From Eledone cirrhosa (taxonomy: Eukaryota), in contig OZ024759.1 in NCBI GenBank assembly GCA_964016885.1, positions 9,238,001-9,302,000 on the forward strand: DNA of 64,000 nt, in the 5' to 3' direction. This document shows, piece after piece, positions 53,060-64,000 of the stretch. The position numbers and the translations under genes are program-made. The notes beneath the pieces were generated by a model that made no database searches, was not told where the DNA came from, and saw nothing but the letters and a program-made list of their open reading frames with translations. How positions within the stretch are numbered: the stretch's first letter is position 1; every line of letters starts with the position of its first letter.

Positions 53060-54613
53060 TAGTCAGTCTCTTCTTCATACCGTGAGCAGAGAAAATCCAA
53101 CTTTCTTATGGCCTAGGGCCCGCATTAGGTGAAAAACTTCCTTTTTTCAGCTTTTTTGAGGCGTTACGTCTAGCTAATTTTCATCTTCTTGATCTCCTAG
53201 GGCCCGCATTAGGTGAAAAACTTCATTTTTTCAAATTTTTAGGGCTTTTTTGAGGCGTTAAATCTAGCCGATTTTCATCTTCTTGATCCCCTAGGGCCCG
53301 CATTAGGTGAAAAACTTCATTTTTTCAGCTTTTTAGGGCTTTTTTGAGGCGTTACGTCTAGCCGATTTTCATCTTCTTGATTCCTTAGGGCCCGCATTAG
53401 GTGAAAAACTTCATTTTTTCAGCTTTTTGGGGCTTTTTTGAGGCGTTACGTCTAGCTAATTTTCATCTTCTTGATCCCCTAGGGCCCGCATTAGGTGAAA
53501 ACCTGCATTTTTTCAGCTTTTTAGGGCTTTTTTGAGGCGTTACGTCTAGCCGATTTTCATCTTCTTGATCCCTTAGGGTCCGCATTAGGTGAAAAACTTC
53601 ATTTTTTCAGATTTTTGGGGCTTTTTTGAGGCGTTACGTCTAGCCGATTTTCATCTTCTTGATCCCCTAGGGCCCGCATTAGGTGAAAAACTTCATTTTT
53701 TCAGCTTTTTGGGGCTTTTTTGAGGCGTTACGTCTAGCCGATTTTCATCTTCTTGATCCCCTAGGGCCCACATTAGGTGAAAAACTTCATTTTTTCAAAT
53801 TTTTAGGGCTTTTTTGAGGCGTTAAATCTAGCCGATTTTCATCTTCTTGATCCCCTAGGGCCCACATTAGGTGAAAAACTTCATTTTTTCAGCTTTTTGG
53901 GGCTTTTTTGAGGCGTTACGTCTAGCCGATTTTCATCTTCTTGATCCCTTAGGGTCCGCATTAGGTGAAAAACTTCATTTTTTCAGCTTTTTGGGGCTTT
54001 TTTGAGGCGTTACGTCTAGCCGATTTTCATCTTCTTGATCCCCTAGGGCCCGCATTAGGTGAAAAACTTCATTTTTTCAGCTTTTTGGGGCTTTTTTGAG
54101 GCGTTACGTCTAGCCGATTTTCATCTTCTTGATCCCCTAGGGCCCACATTAGGTGAAAAACTTCATTTTTTCAAATTTTTAGGGCTTTTTTGAGGCGTTA
54201 AATCTAGCCGATTTTCATCTTCTTGATCCCCTAGGGCCCACATTAGGTGAAAAACTTCATTTTTTCAGCTTTTTGGGCTTTTTTGAGGCGTTACGTCTAG
54301 CCGATTTTCATCTTCTTGATTCCTTAGGGCCCGCATTAGGTGAAAAACTTCATTTTTTCAGCTTTTTGGGGCTTTTTTGAGGCGTTACGTCTAGCTAATT
54401 TTCATCTTCTTGATCCCCTAGGGCCCGCATTAGGTGAAAACCTGCATTTTTCCTGCTTCATCGAGGAAAATCTTAAAGATTATCCAGCCATCAGAGTATT
54501 CGGTTTATTTTCTTTACATATTGTCCAGGCATGCAGTTTTTCCACGATTAGGTCTGTTGGCGACCCGCCTTCCAAAATACCTTATCCCGTGCAACGACGG
54601 GTACCACTGCTAG
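53060..54613 (+). mobile_element. Helitron-like non-autonomous element carrying a 94-bp tandem array
   Basis: 3' hairpin CCCGTgcaacgACGGG followed by CTAG|T at about 54587-54614; about 14 x 94-bp units at 53111-54450; the 5' boundary is uncertain. Confidence 0.6.
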
Positions 54614-54635
54614 TAGTTGATAAACAGTAACTTAC

Positions 54636-54756
54636 CAATGGACATACTCGTGTGGTTTCATCTCAACTATACTTGGTACGACTGTGTGAAGCCACCATAC
54701 GCTGTCCCGTTGAATGAGGGTCACTTGTTGCTGATATTGGTGTAAAATATCCAAGT
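54636..54756 (-). CDS. INTS1: INTS1 exon (DLDILHQYQQQVTLIQRDSVWWLHTVVPSIVEMKPHEYVH)
   Basis: tctag|AC acceptor and TG|gtaagt donor; 121 bp; carries the IQRDxVWWLHTVVPSI motif of INTS1. Confidence 0.93.
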
Positions 54757-55419
54757 CTAGAAATAAAGACAGAAAGACATAACCTCCAAAATATCAATGT
54801 TAACATCAACAATAATATAAAATATCCAAGTGGTGCTATTAAGTTAGACATGGCCTGGGCCAATACTGGCCGAAACCTATCAAAGTTCTATCTATATATA
54901 TTATAGACGAGAAACCGTATCACGTATACACCTTCAGTCTCTCTTCTTTTCTTATAATATTGAAACTCTGTCTGGTACCATATAGGTAATACCCTATGGT
55001 ACCCATGTTGTGGAGTGCTTATGTCTGATTACACAACAGTTGGTCAATTGCTTGAATCAACCAACACTGATTACATGGAATTCATCATCATCATCACCGT
55101 TTTACGTCCGTTCTTCCATGCTAGCATGGGTTAGACGGGTTGTCCTGTTGTGGGCAGTGTCCGGTCGTCTGACCATGCCTTGCTCATACAGGAACTGATT
55201 TTGGCTTGATTTCTACAGCTGGATGCCCTTCCTAACACCAACCTCATTTACAGTGAGTACTGGGTGCTTTTTTGCTGTGGCACCTCCACGACCACTTTAC
55301 AGTGAGTGCTGGGTGCTTTTTCCGTGGCGCCTACACGTCCACTTTACAGTGTGGGCTGGATGCTTTTTTTGCCGTGGCACCTCCACGAGCACCTTGCAGT
55401 GGGAGGGTGTGGGGGCATA

Positions 55420-55735
55420 TTGTCTATATGCTTTAGCTTGTACCCATGGGAGGTCGGGTACCCTGTATTACTGTGTGACGCCAGAGGTCACGGTCGTGTG
55501 TCATCGCCTTTGAGAGGTGTAATTGGGTAAGGTCGGCTTTTATCACCTCATCCCAGGTCTTCTTGGGTCTCCCCACTCCGCGGTTTCCATTGACTTCTAG
55601 TGCTCTGCACCTTTTTATGCAGCTGTCATCCTTCATACGCATCACATGTCCATACCAACGCAACCGCCTCTCCTGCATACAGCATTTGATTCCTCTTATG
55701 CTCAGTCTCTCTCTCAATTCATTTATGCTTTGTCG
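55420..55735 (-). mobile_element. RTE LINE fragment, continuing into the RTE/SINE tail at 55082-55420
   Basis: IRGIKCCMQERRLRWYGHVMRM...GRPKKTWDEVI. Confidence 0.85.
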
Positions 55736-55774
55736 TGGAATTATGTATATATATATATATATTGTCGTGGACTT

Positions 55775-56367
55775 ATCATCATCATCAACGTTTAACGTCC
55801 GTGTTCCACGCTTGCATGGGTTTGGACGGGGGTAGTCCCACTTGAGGCAAGAGTGATTGTCTTGCTCGCATAGGACTGTCTGGCAGGTTTTCTACAGTTG
55901 GATGCCCTTCCTAACACCAACCACATTTACAGTGTGGGTCTGGGAGGTTTTTACCGTGTTGCCTACACGGCCACATTACAGCGTGGACTGTGTGTTTTTT
56001 TTGTCGTGACACCTACACGATCTCATTTGTTTCGGCCTGGATGGCGCGGCACCAACATAACTTTACATAGAACGGGGTGGTGTGGATGGGGTGGGGGTGA
56101 TGGTGGTGGGACGGGGTGTATTTTGTTAGAGATGCCTACTGGCTGTAGTAGGTTTTACTATATATTTAGGTAAGGCGGGTCTTCTCTGTTACTGAGTACC
56201 GCCAAAGGTCTCGGTCCAGTGACATTGTCTTGGAGAGGTGTAAGTGTGTGAGGTCGGAGTTTATCAGCTCGTCCCAGGTTTTTCTAGGTCTGCCTATTCC
56301 GTGGCTACCGTCTATCTTTATTGCCCTGCACTTTGTTATACAGCTATCGACTTTCATGCGCATCACG
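55775..56367 (-). mobile_element. Young 5'-truncated RTE copy
   Basis: Encodes the same peptide as the C-terminus of the 19521-23067 element; flanked by a GACTTAT duplication. Confidence 0.9.
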
Positions 56368-56656
56368 ACTTATGTATATATATATATATATATATATATT
56401 GTCGTGGAATTATGTATATATATATATATATATATTGTAAAGAGTTAGTGCCCGATGGCTGAGCTCATTACAATACCTACACTCTACTTTTCCAGGTATT
56501 GAGTACTTAGATGAACAATGGGCTTATTAGTCAAAACGGGTAACTCCCAATCTATCTATTTATATGTGTGTGAGTCCCAGGTTCAATCGAGGGTAACCAC
56601 AGCAAGTAAGGTACTCAGTACATTAGTAGAGTGTAAACAATAAATTTAATATATCA

Positions 56657-56707
56657 GGCTTTCCTGATGATTCCTATGAATGAAACAGTTCTAGTCCTGT
56701 AGAAGCC
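56657..56707 (+). ncRNA. Type I hammerhead ribozyme
   Basis: GGCUUUC CUGAUGA UUC cuau GAA U GAAA CAG...CUG UA GAAGCC. One-nt irregularity at the base of stem II. Confidence 0.72.
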
Positions 56708-57887
56708 ATTTCTTACAACTTTACTAACCTTTATGATTACCACATAGTAAATATAACTTTACTATGTTCAATGCAATATATATATGATGATGATGATGAT
56801 CACACCGTCTAACCCATGCTAGCGTGGAAGAACGGACGTAAAACGGTGATGATGATGATGAAGATAGATTGCTAGCATGGAAGATGGACGTTAAACGATA
56901 ATGATGATGATGATGATATAGTGTGTATGTGTGTGTGCTTAGAAAATCTTGAACACAGGAAAATATGTGAGAAGAGATCTTGAGAAAATCAGGTAAAATA
57001 TCTCAATAGAGAGAAAATCTAGCCACCAGCTGCTATAGAATTGGTTTCCCTATACCAGCTGATGGCTACTTCTTCCGTCTATACAGATGTTTTACCTGAC
57101 CTTTTTTGTTCAGTTTGCTCCATTCAAGATTTTCTAAGCATTTCATTCACTCGACGCTTCAATGCTTATTTAACATGTATCATCATCATCATCATTTTAC
57201 GTCCGCTTTTCCCTGCTTGCAAGGGTGGGACGGGAACTGATACTGGCTTGATTTCTACAGCTGGATGCCCTTCCTAACACCAACCTCATTTACAGTGAGT
57301 GCTGGGTGCTTTTTTGCCGTGGTACCTCCACGACCACTTTGCAGTGGAATGATAGGGACCTCAGTCCCTATCATCTCATTTCTACAGCTGAGTAAACTGG
57401 AGCAATGTGAAATAAAGTCTCTTGCTCAAGGAAACAACACATCACCCGGTCTGAGAATTGAACTCACAACCTTTCGATTGCAAGGCCAATGCTCTAACCA
57501 CTAAGCCATATGCCTCCATATGTATATATATATATATACATATATATGTATAGACAGCCGATGAACATTCTTCAAATCGGACCAAGGAAACAATGTTTCC
57601 GTTGGTTTTTCCAATTGCCAATACTATCTATCAGTTGCAGTTCCAGATAGAAGGAGCAATGTGAAATAAAGTGTCTTGCGCAAGGACATAACGCATCGCC
57701 CAGGTCCAGGAATCGACCTCACAACCTCATGATATAATTCGAGTATGTGTTGATTAATTACCAACACTTCAGTATGCATGGTAGAGCACTTGACAAAGTG
57801 CACAGATGGGTCTCTTTACTCTGGAATATATTTAAAAACAAGAAGTGTAAGTCAACAAGTTAAAATAAACTTTGTTTATTCATAGTC

Positions 57888-57946
57888 ACTGTTATATATA
57901 TTTCGGTGATAACCATTATTCAACAGCTATGACCTCATCAGACAGC
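57888..57946 (-). ncRNA. Type I minimal hammerhead ribozyme (INTS1 sense strand; left arm of inverted repeat)
   Basis: Reverse complement of the 58121-58179 motif, differing only in the stem II loop. Confidence 0.83.
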
Positions 57947-58120
57947 AAGAATTTTAACAGAAAAACATAATGATGGAACAAAGTTTACCTCCGTTATTTC
58001 GACTTTTTGATATGCTCCGGGCTGAAGTTTGTTGTTTTCTCAGGGCACCAGTAGCATACACTACTGGTGCCCTGAGAAAACAACACGTTATGTTTTTCTT
58101 TTTATTCTGTTCAAATTCTT

Positions 58121-58179
58121 GCTGTCTGATGAGGTCATAGCTGTTGCATAATGGTTATCACCGAAATATATATAACAGT
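58121..58179 (+). ncRNA. Type I minimal hammerhead ribozyme (right arm of inverted repeat)
   Basis: GCUGU CUGAUGA GGUCAUAGCUGUU gcau AAUGGUUAUCACC GAAA UAUAUA UA ACAGU. Palindromic stem III. Confidence 0.83.
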
Positions 58180-58487
58180 GACTATGATTAAATGAAGTTA
58201 ATTTTAACTTGTTGACTTACACTTCTTGTTTTTAAATATATATGTTTCTGAGAAAGATGGTGAAATGGAGCTAGAATATCAAGACTAGTAATAATGTGAT
58301 GATACAACCACTACCGATTAGTCAACATATCAATTTATCATCAATCAACATTCTGAAAAGATTGTAAACTAATTAACTAATTAAGTACCAATCTTTGCCT
58401 TTTGTTTTATTTTCATTATTCAACTCATAAATATTCATATATAAATATATATAAATATATGTGTGTGTGTGTGTATGAATAAAATAT

Positions 58488-59287
58488 TACAAACTTTTAC
58501 AATTGCCACATAAAATATAACTTTACAAACCTTTACGAACCCCACATAAAGTATAACTTTACAAACCTTTACGGTCCCCACATAAAGTATAACTTTACAA
58601 ACCTTTACGATCCCCACATAAAGTATAACTTTACAAACCTTTACGATCCCCACATAAAGTATAACTTTACAAACCTTTACGGTCCCCACATAAAGTATAA
58701 CTTTACAAACCTTTACGATCCCCACATAAAGTATAACTTTACAAACCTTTACAAACCCCACATAAAGTATAACTTTACAAACCTTTACAAACCCCACATA
58801 AAGTATAACTTTACAAACCTTTACGGTCCCCACATAAAGTATAACTTTACAAACCTTTACGATCCCCACATAAAGTATAACTTTACAAACCTTTACAAAC
58901 CCCACATAAAGTATAACTTTACAAACCTTTACAAACCCCACATAAAGTATAACTTTACAAACCTTTACAAACCCCACATAAAGTATAACTTTACAAACCC
59001 CACATAAAGTATAACTGTACAAACCTTTACGATCCCCACATAAAGTATAACTTTACAAACCCCACATAAAGTATAACTTTACAAACCTTTACGATCCCCA
59101 CATAAAGTATAACTTTACAAACCCCACATAAAGTATAACTTTACAAGCCTTTACGATCCCCACATAAAGTATAACTTTACAAACCCCACATAAAGTATAA
59201 CTTTACAAACCTTTACGATCCCCACATAAAGTATAACTTTACAAACCCCACATAAAGTATAACTTTACAAACCTTTACGATCCCCAC
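58488..59287. repeat. 36/24-bp minisatellite overlapping an INTS1 exon end and donor
   Basis: Unit CCCCACATAAAGTATAACTTTACAAACCTTTACGAT. Confidence 0.96.
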
Positions 59288-59381
59288 GTGCCAAGTTTCC
59301 AAAAGCTTCTCTCACAGAAGGCGTGATTCCAACCAAAATAGTCAAAGTAATGAGATCTGTTATTGCCAAAACATACCGCTC
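59273..59381 (-). CDS. INTS1: INTS1 exon (ERYVLAITDLITLTILVGITPSVREAFGNLARGDRK)
   Basis: tttag|GAG acceptor and G|gtttgt donor; 109 bp, phase 0 to 1, in phase with the neighbouring exons. Confidence 0.88.
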
Positions 59382-59434
59382 CTAAATACACAGAAATATA
59401 AGACATGTAGCTCTGATGAAGTTATTGTTTCTAG

Positions 59435-62036
59435 CTTAAACATGTGGTCAGTAGTATTGTATCTTAAACATGTGGTCAGTAATATTGTTAGACATGTGGT
59501 CAGTAGTATTGTATCTTAAACATGTGGTCAGTAATATTGTATCTTAGACATGTGGTCAGTAGTATTGTAACTTAGACATGTGGTCAGTAATATTGTAACT
59601 TAGACATGTGGTCAGTAGTATTGTAACTTAGACATATGGTCAGTAGTATTGTAACTTAGATGTGGTCAGTAATATTGTAACTTAGACATGTGGTCAGTAG
59701 TATTGTAACTTAGACATGTGGTCAGTAATATTGTAACTTAGACATGTGGTCAGTAGCATTGTAACTTAGACATGTGGTCAGTAATATTGTTAGACATGTG
59801 GTCAGTAGTATTGTAACTTAGACATGTGGTCAGTAATATTGTAACTTAGACATGTGGTCAGTAATATTGTAACTTAGACATGTGGTCAGTAGTATTGTAA
59901 CTTAAACATGTGGTCAGTAATATTGTATCTTAGACATGTGGTCAGTAGTGTTGTAACTTAAACATGTGGTCAGTAATATTGTAACTTAGACATGTGGTCA
60001 GTAGTATTGTAACTTAGACATGTGGTCAGTAATATTGTAACTTAGACATGTGGTCAGCAATATTGTAACTTAAACATGTGGTCAGTAGTGTTGTATCTTA
60101 GACATGTGGTCAGTAGTATTGTATCTTAAACATGTGGTCAGTAATATTGTAACTAAGACATGTGGTCAGTAGTATTGTAACTTAGACATGTGGTCAGTAG
60201 TATTGTAACTTAGACATGTGGTCAGTAGTATTGTAACTTAGACATGTGGTCAGTAGTATTGTAACTTAAACATGTGGTCAGTAGTATTGTAACTTAGACA
60301 TGTGGTCAGTAGTATTGTAACTTAGACATGTGGTCAGTAGTATTGTAACTTAAACATGTGGTCAGTAGTATTGTAACTTAAACATGCGGTCAGTAGTATT
60401 GTAACTTAGACATGTGGTCAGTAATATTGTAACTTAGACATGTGGTCAGTAGTATTGTAACTTAGACATATGGTCAGTAGTATTGTAACTTAGATGTGGT
60501 CAGTAATATTGTAACTTAGACATGTGGTCAGTAGTATTGTAACTTAGACATGTGGTCAGTAATATTGTAACTTAGACATGTGGTCAGTAGCATTGTAACT
60601 TAGACATGTGGTCAGTAATATTGTTAGACATGTGGTCAGTAGTATTGTAACTTAGACATGTGGTCAGTAATATTGTAACTTAGACATGTGGTCAGTAATA
60701 TTGTAACTTAAACATGTGGTCAGTAGTATTGTAACTTAAACATGTGGTCAGTAATATTGTATCTTAGACATGTGGTCAGTAGTGTTGTAACTTAAACATG
60801 TGGTCAGTAATATTGTAACTTAGACATGTGGTCAGTAATATTGTAACTTAGACATGTGGTCAGCAATATTGTAACTTAAACATGTGGTCAGTAGTGTTGT
60901 ATCTTAGACATGTGGTCAGTAGTATTGTATCTTAAACATGTGGTCAGTAATATTGTAACTAAGACATGTGGTCAGTAGTATTGTAACTTAAACATGTGGT
61001 CAGTAGTATTGTAACTTAGACATGTGGTCAGTAGTATTGTAACTTAGACATGTGGTCAGTAGTATTGTAACTTAGACATGTGGTCAGTAGTATTGTAACT
61101 TAAACATGTGGTCAGTAGTATTGTAACTTAGACATGTGGTCAGTAGTATTGTAACTTAAACATGTGGTCAGTAGTATTGTAACTTAAACATGCGGTCAGT
61201 AGTATTGTAACTTAGACATGTGGTCAGTAATATTGTAACTTAAACATGTGGTCAGTAATATTGTATCTTAGACATGTGGTCAATAATATTGTAGACATGT
61301 AGTCAGTAATACTGTAGACATGTGGTCAGTAATGTGACAGGGTGGTCAGTAATGTGACAGGGTGGTCAGTAGTAATGTGACAGGGTGGTCAGTAGTAGTG
61401 TGACAGGGTGGTCAGTAATGTGACAGGGTGGTCAGTAGTAATGTGACAGGGTGGTCAGTAGTAATGTGACAGGGTGGTCAGTAATGTGACAGGGTGGTCA
61501 GTAGTAATGTGACAGGGTGGTCAGTAGTAGTGTGACAGGGTGGTCAGTAATGTGACAGGGTGGTCAGTAGTATTGTAGACATGTGGTCAGTAATGTGACA
61601 GGGTGGTCAGTAGTAATGTGACAGGGTGGTCAGTAGTATTGTAGACATGTGGTCAGTAATGTGACAGGGTGGTCAGTAGTGTGACAGGGTGGTCAGTAGT
61701 GTGACAGGGTGGTCAGTAGTAGTGTGACAGGGTGGTCAGTAGTAATGTGACAGGGTGGTCAGTAATGTGACAGGGTGGTCAGTAATGTGACAGGGTGGTC
61801 AGTAGTAATGTGACAGGGTGGTCAGTAATGTGACAGGGTGGTCAGTAGTAATGTGACAGGGTGGTCAGTAATGTGACAGGGTGGTCAGTAGTAATGTGAC
61901 AGGGTGGTCAGTAATGTGACAGGGTGGTCAGTAATGTGACAGGGTGGTCAGTAGTAATGTGACAGGGTGGTCAGTAGTAATGTGACAGGGTGGTCAGTAA
62001 TGTGACAGGGTGGTCAGTAATGTGACAGGGTGGTCA
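59435..62036. repeat. 28-bp minisatellite grading into a 20/23-bp minisatellite
   Basis: AGACATGTGGTCAGTAGTATTGTAACTT up to about 61320, then GTGGTCAGTA(GTA)ATGTGACAGG. Confidence 0.97.
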
Positions 62037-62148
62037 ATTAAGTTGACCAACAGGAATTAACCGGGACTTATTTTATGCCAGAAGTGATGATTATTTGTTC
62101 CTATCTGGTCTCAGGCCATATTAACTTGTCCAACCCATGCCAGTAAAA

Positions 62149-62675
62149 TGGTGAGACAATGGTGATGGTGGTGGTGGTGGTGATGGTGGTGATGGTGGTG
62201 ACAATGATGGTGATGGTGGTGATGGTGATGATGGTGATGGTGGTGATGGTGGTGACAATGATGGTGGTGGTGGTGACAATGATGGTGATGGTGGTGATGG
62301 TGGTGATGATGGTGGTGATGGTGATGATGGTGGTGATGATGATGGTGATGGTGGTGATGGTGGTGACAATGATGGTGGTGATGGTGACAATGATGGTGAT
62401 GGTGGTGATGGTGGTGATGATGGTGGTGATGGTGGTGATGATGGTGGTGATGGTGGTGACAATGATGGTGATGATGGTGACAATGATGGTGATGGTGGTG
62501 ATGATGGTGGTGATGATAGTGACAATGATGGTAATGGTGATGATGGTGATGGTGACAATGATGGTGACAATGACAATGATGGTGACAATGATGGTGATGA
62601 TGGTGACAATGATGGAGACAATGATGGTGATGGTGACAATGATGGTGACAATGACAATGGTGACAATGGTGGTGA
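62149..62675. repeat. (GGT/GAT)n trinucleotide repeat
   Basis: Intronic; starts just after the donor at 62683. Confidence 0.96.
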
Positions 62676-62683
62676 ATACTTAC

Positions 62684-62866
62684 TTTGAATGCTTGATCCA
62701 TTTCAAGGAATTTTGTCTCAGTTCGTTTTTGCATCAGACCCAAACAGAAAGACACAAAGTTCAAATCATGCCTCAGTGAGCGAACTATCTCCCTAAAAAG
62801 GGCCCTTAATGCTCTCAGGTAGTCCTCTTTGTTGACCAACAGGTCCTGGAAAATTTCAGCAAGGAT
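62684..62866 (-). CDS. INTS1: INTS1 internal exon (ILAEIFQDLL...EMDQAFK)
   Basis: ccag|ATC acceptor and AAA|gtaagt donor; 183 bp. Peptide FQDLLVNKEDYLRALRALFREIV..LNFVSFCLGLMQ resembles metazoan INTS1 as I recall it. Confidence 0.93.
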
Positions 62867-62918
62867 CTGGTAGGGTAGAGAGAGAGAGGACATTAGATGG
62901 TGGTTGTGTGTGTAAATA

Positions 62919-63117
62919 TGAGGGTTGGCTGGAAAGCTCCTAAGCTGGCTATGAATGAGTGATGCTAGAGCTGTGAAATCTTGCATGCATGCATTAATTT
63001 CAACTCTTCTTATCAGTAACTATGTTTTGTTTTTTTCGGGATTATGTTTCTAAATATCCCTCATTTGGTCATTCCATGAAAGTATCTTGGTCAGCCTATC
63101 AACTTTTCAGCCGACTC

Positions 63118-63118
<1 letters not shown>
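62919..63118. mobile_element. Mariner/Tc1-type MITE
   Basis: Imperfect TIRs ta|TGAGGGTTGGCTGGAAAG and AACTTTTCAGCCGACTCG. Confidence 0.65.
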
Positions 63119-63155
<37 letters not shown>

Positions 63156-64000
63156 GCACACACACACATACGCATATATATTATATGGAGGCACATGGCT
63201 TAGTTGTTAGAGCATTGGGCTTGCAATCGAAAGGTTGTGAGTTCAATTCTCAGACCGGGTGATGTGTTGTTTCCTTGATCAAGACACTTTATTTCACATT
63301 GCTCCAGTTTACTCAGCTGTAGAAATGAGATGATAGGGACTGCGGTCCCTATCATTCCACTGCAAAGTGGTCGTGGAGGTGCCACGGCAAAAAAGCACCC
63401 AGCACTCACTGTAAATGAGGTTGGTGTTAGGAAGGGTATCCAGCTGTAGAAATGAAGCCAGAATCAGTTCCCATCCCACCCTTGCAAGCAGGGAAAAAGC
63501 GGACATTAAATGAAATAATGAAATGATATATATATACACTAGCCAAATTACCCGTGCCTTGCTGCGTTTCACACATTTTTTTTGTGAGAAAATGATGATT
63601 GATTTTAAATCAGTGATATAATTTATGGAGAAAAATCTGCATTTCAATATTACTCAATGTAAAATATAATGCATGAAAAATTGGAAAACATTATTTTTTT
63701 ATAATATATCAACTCAAAATTACATTATTAAATCTTATTTTTTGTTTCTTGTATATAATTTTTATCAAAATATCAATTCAAAACTTGATCATTTCATTTT
63801 GGTGTAAAGCATTATTTTATTTATGCTTCCAAAATGTTCACTCTAGGGGGTTTAAACCCCATTAGGGTGCCTTAATATTATTGAAATTTGCTGAAATTTA
63901 GTGAATAGGCATCATATTGTGTCATTTACCTATGGTTTAAATTTCATATATATCGAAGGGTTTGTGCCCCCAGGGAACTCTTTGAATAAAATGAAATATA

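Larger units (their letters stand above)
57826..58241. repeat. Inverted repeat (~145-bp arms) with a nested inner hairpin
   Basis: Outer arms 57826-~57971 and ~58088-58241; inner hairpin at 58031-58084. Confidence 0.93.

Noticed and set aside
62111-62986. 291-aa poly-His ORF
   Set aside because: Only 62684-62866 is exon; the His run is read-through past a gtaagt donor into a trinucleotide repeat.

Overview
Repeat-rich animal genomic DNA, most likely a coleoid cephalopod (inferred from the SINE/RTE families and microsatellite-filled introns; not proven). The window lies inside one minus-strand gene, INTS1 (Integrator complex subunit 1). Sixteen GT-AG exons (62866 down to <1) splice with consistent phases into about 646 codons that are collinear with metazoan INTS1; both ends of the gene lie outside the window. 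The introns hold a near full-length but disabled RTE LINE with a PHD finger, many RTE/CR1 fragments, two tRNA-derived SINE families, piggyBac, mariner and Helitron-type non-autonomous elements, and more than 15 different tandem-repeat arrays, including a 12.3-kb 40-bp satellite with higher-order structure. The most notable hidden signal is 13 type-I hammerhead ribozyme motifs from about nine sequence families, six of them on the INTS1 sense strand. About seven have intact or nearly intact cores. They sit in AT-rich, non-coding, often palindromic elements resembling Penelope-like pLTRs or retrozymes. Also notable is a minisatellite built from an exon end plus its splice donor. Most of the long ORFs in the track are repeat artefacts.
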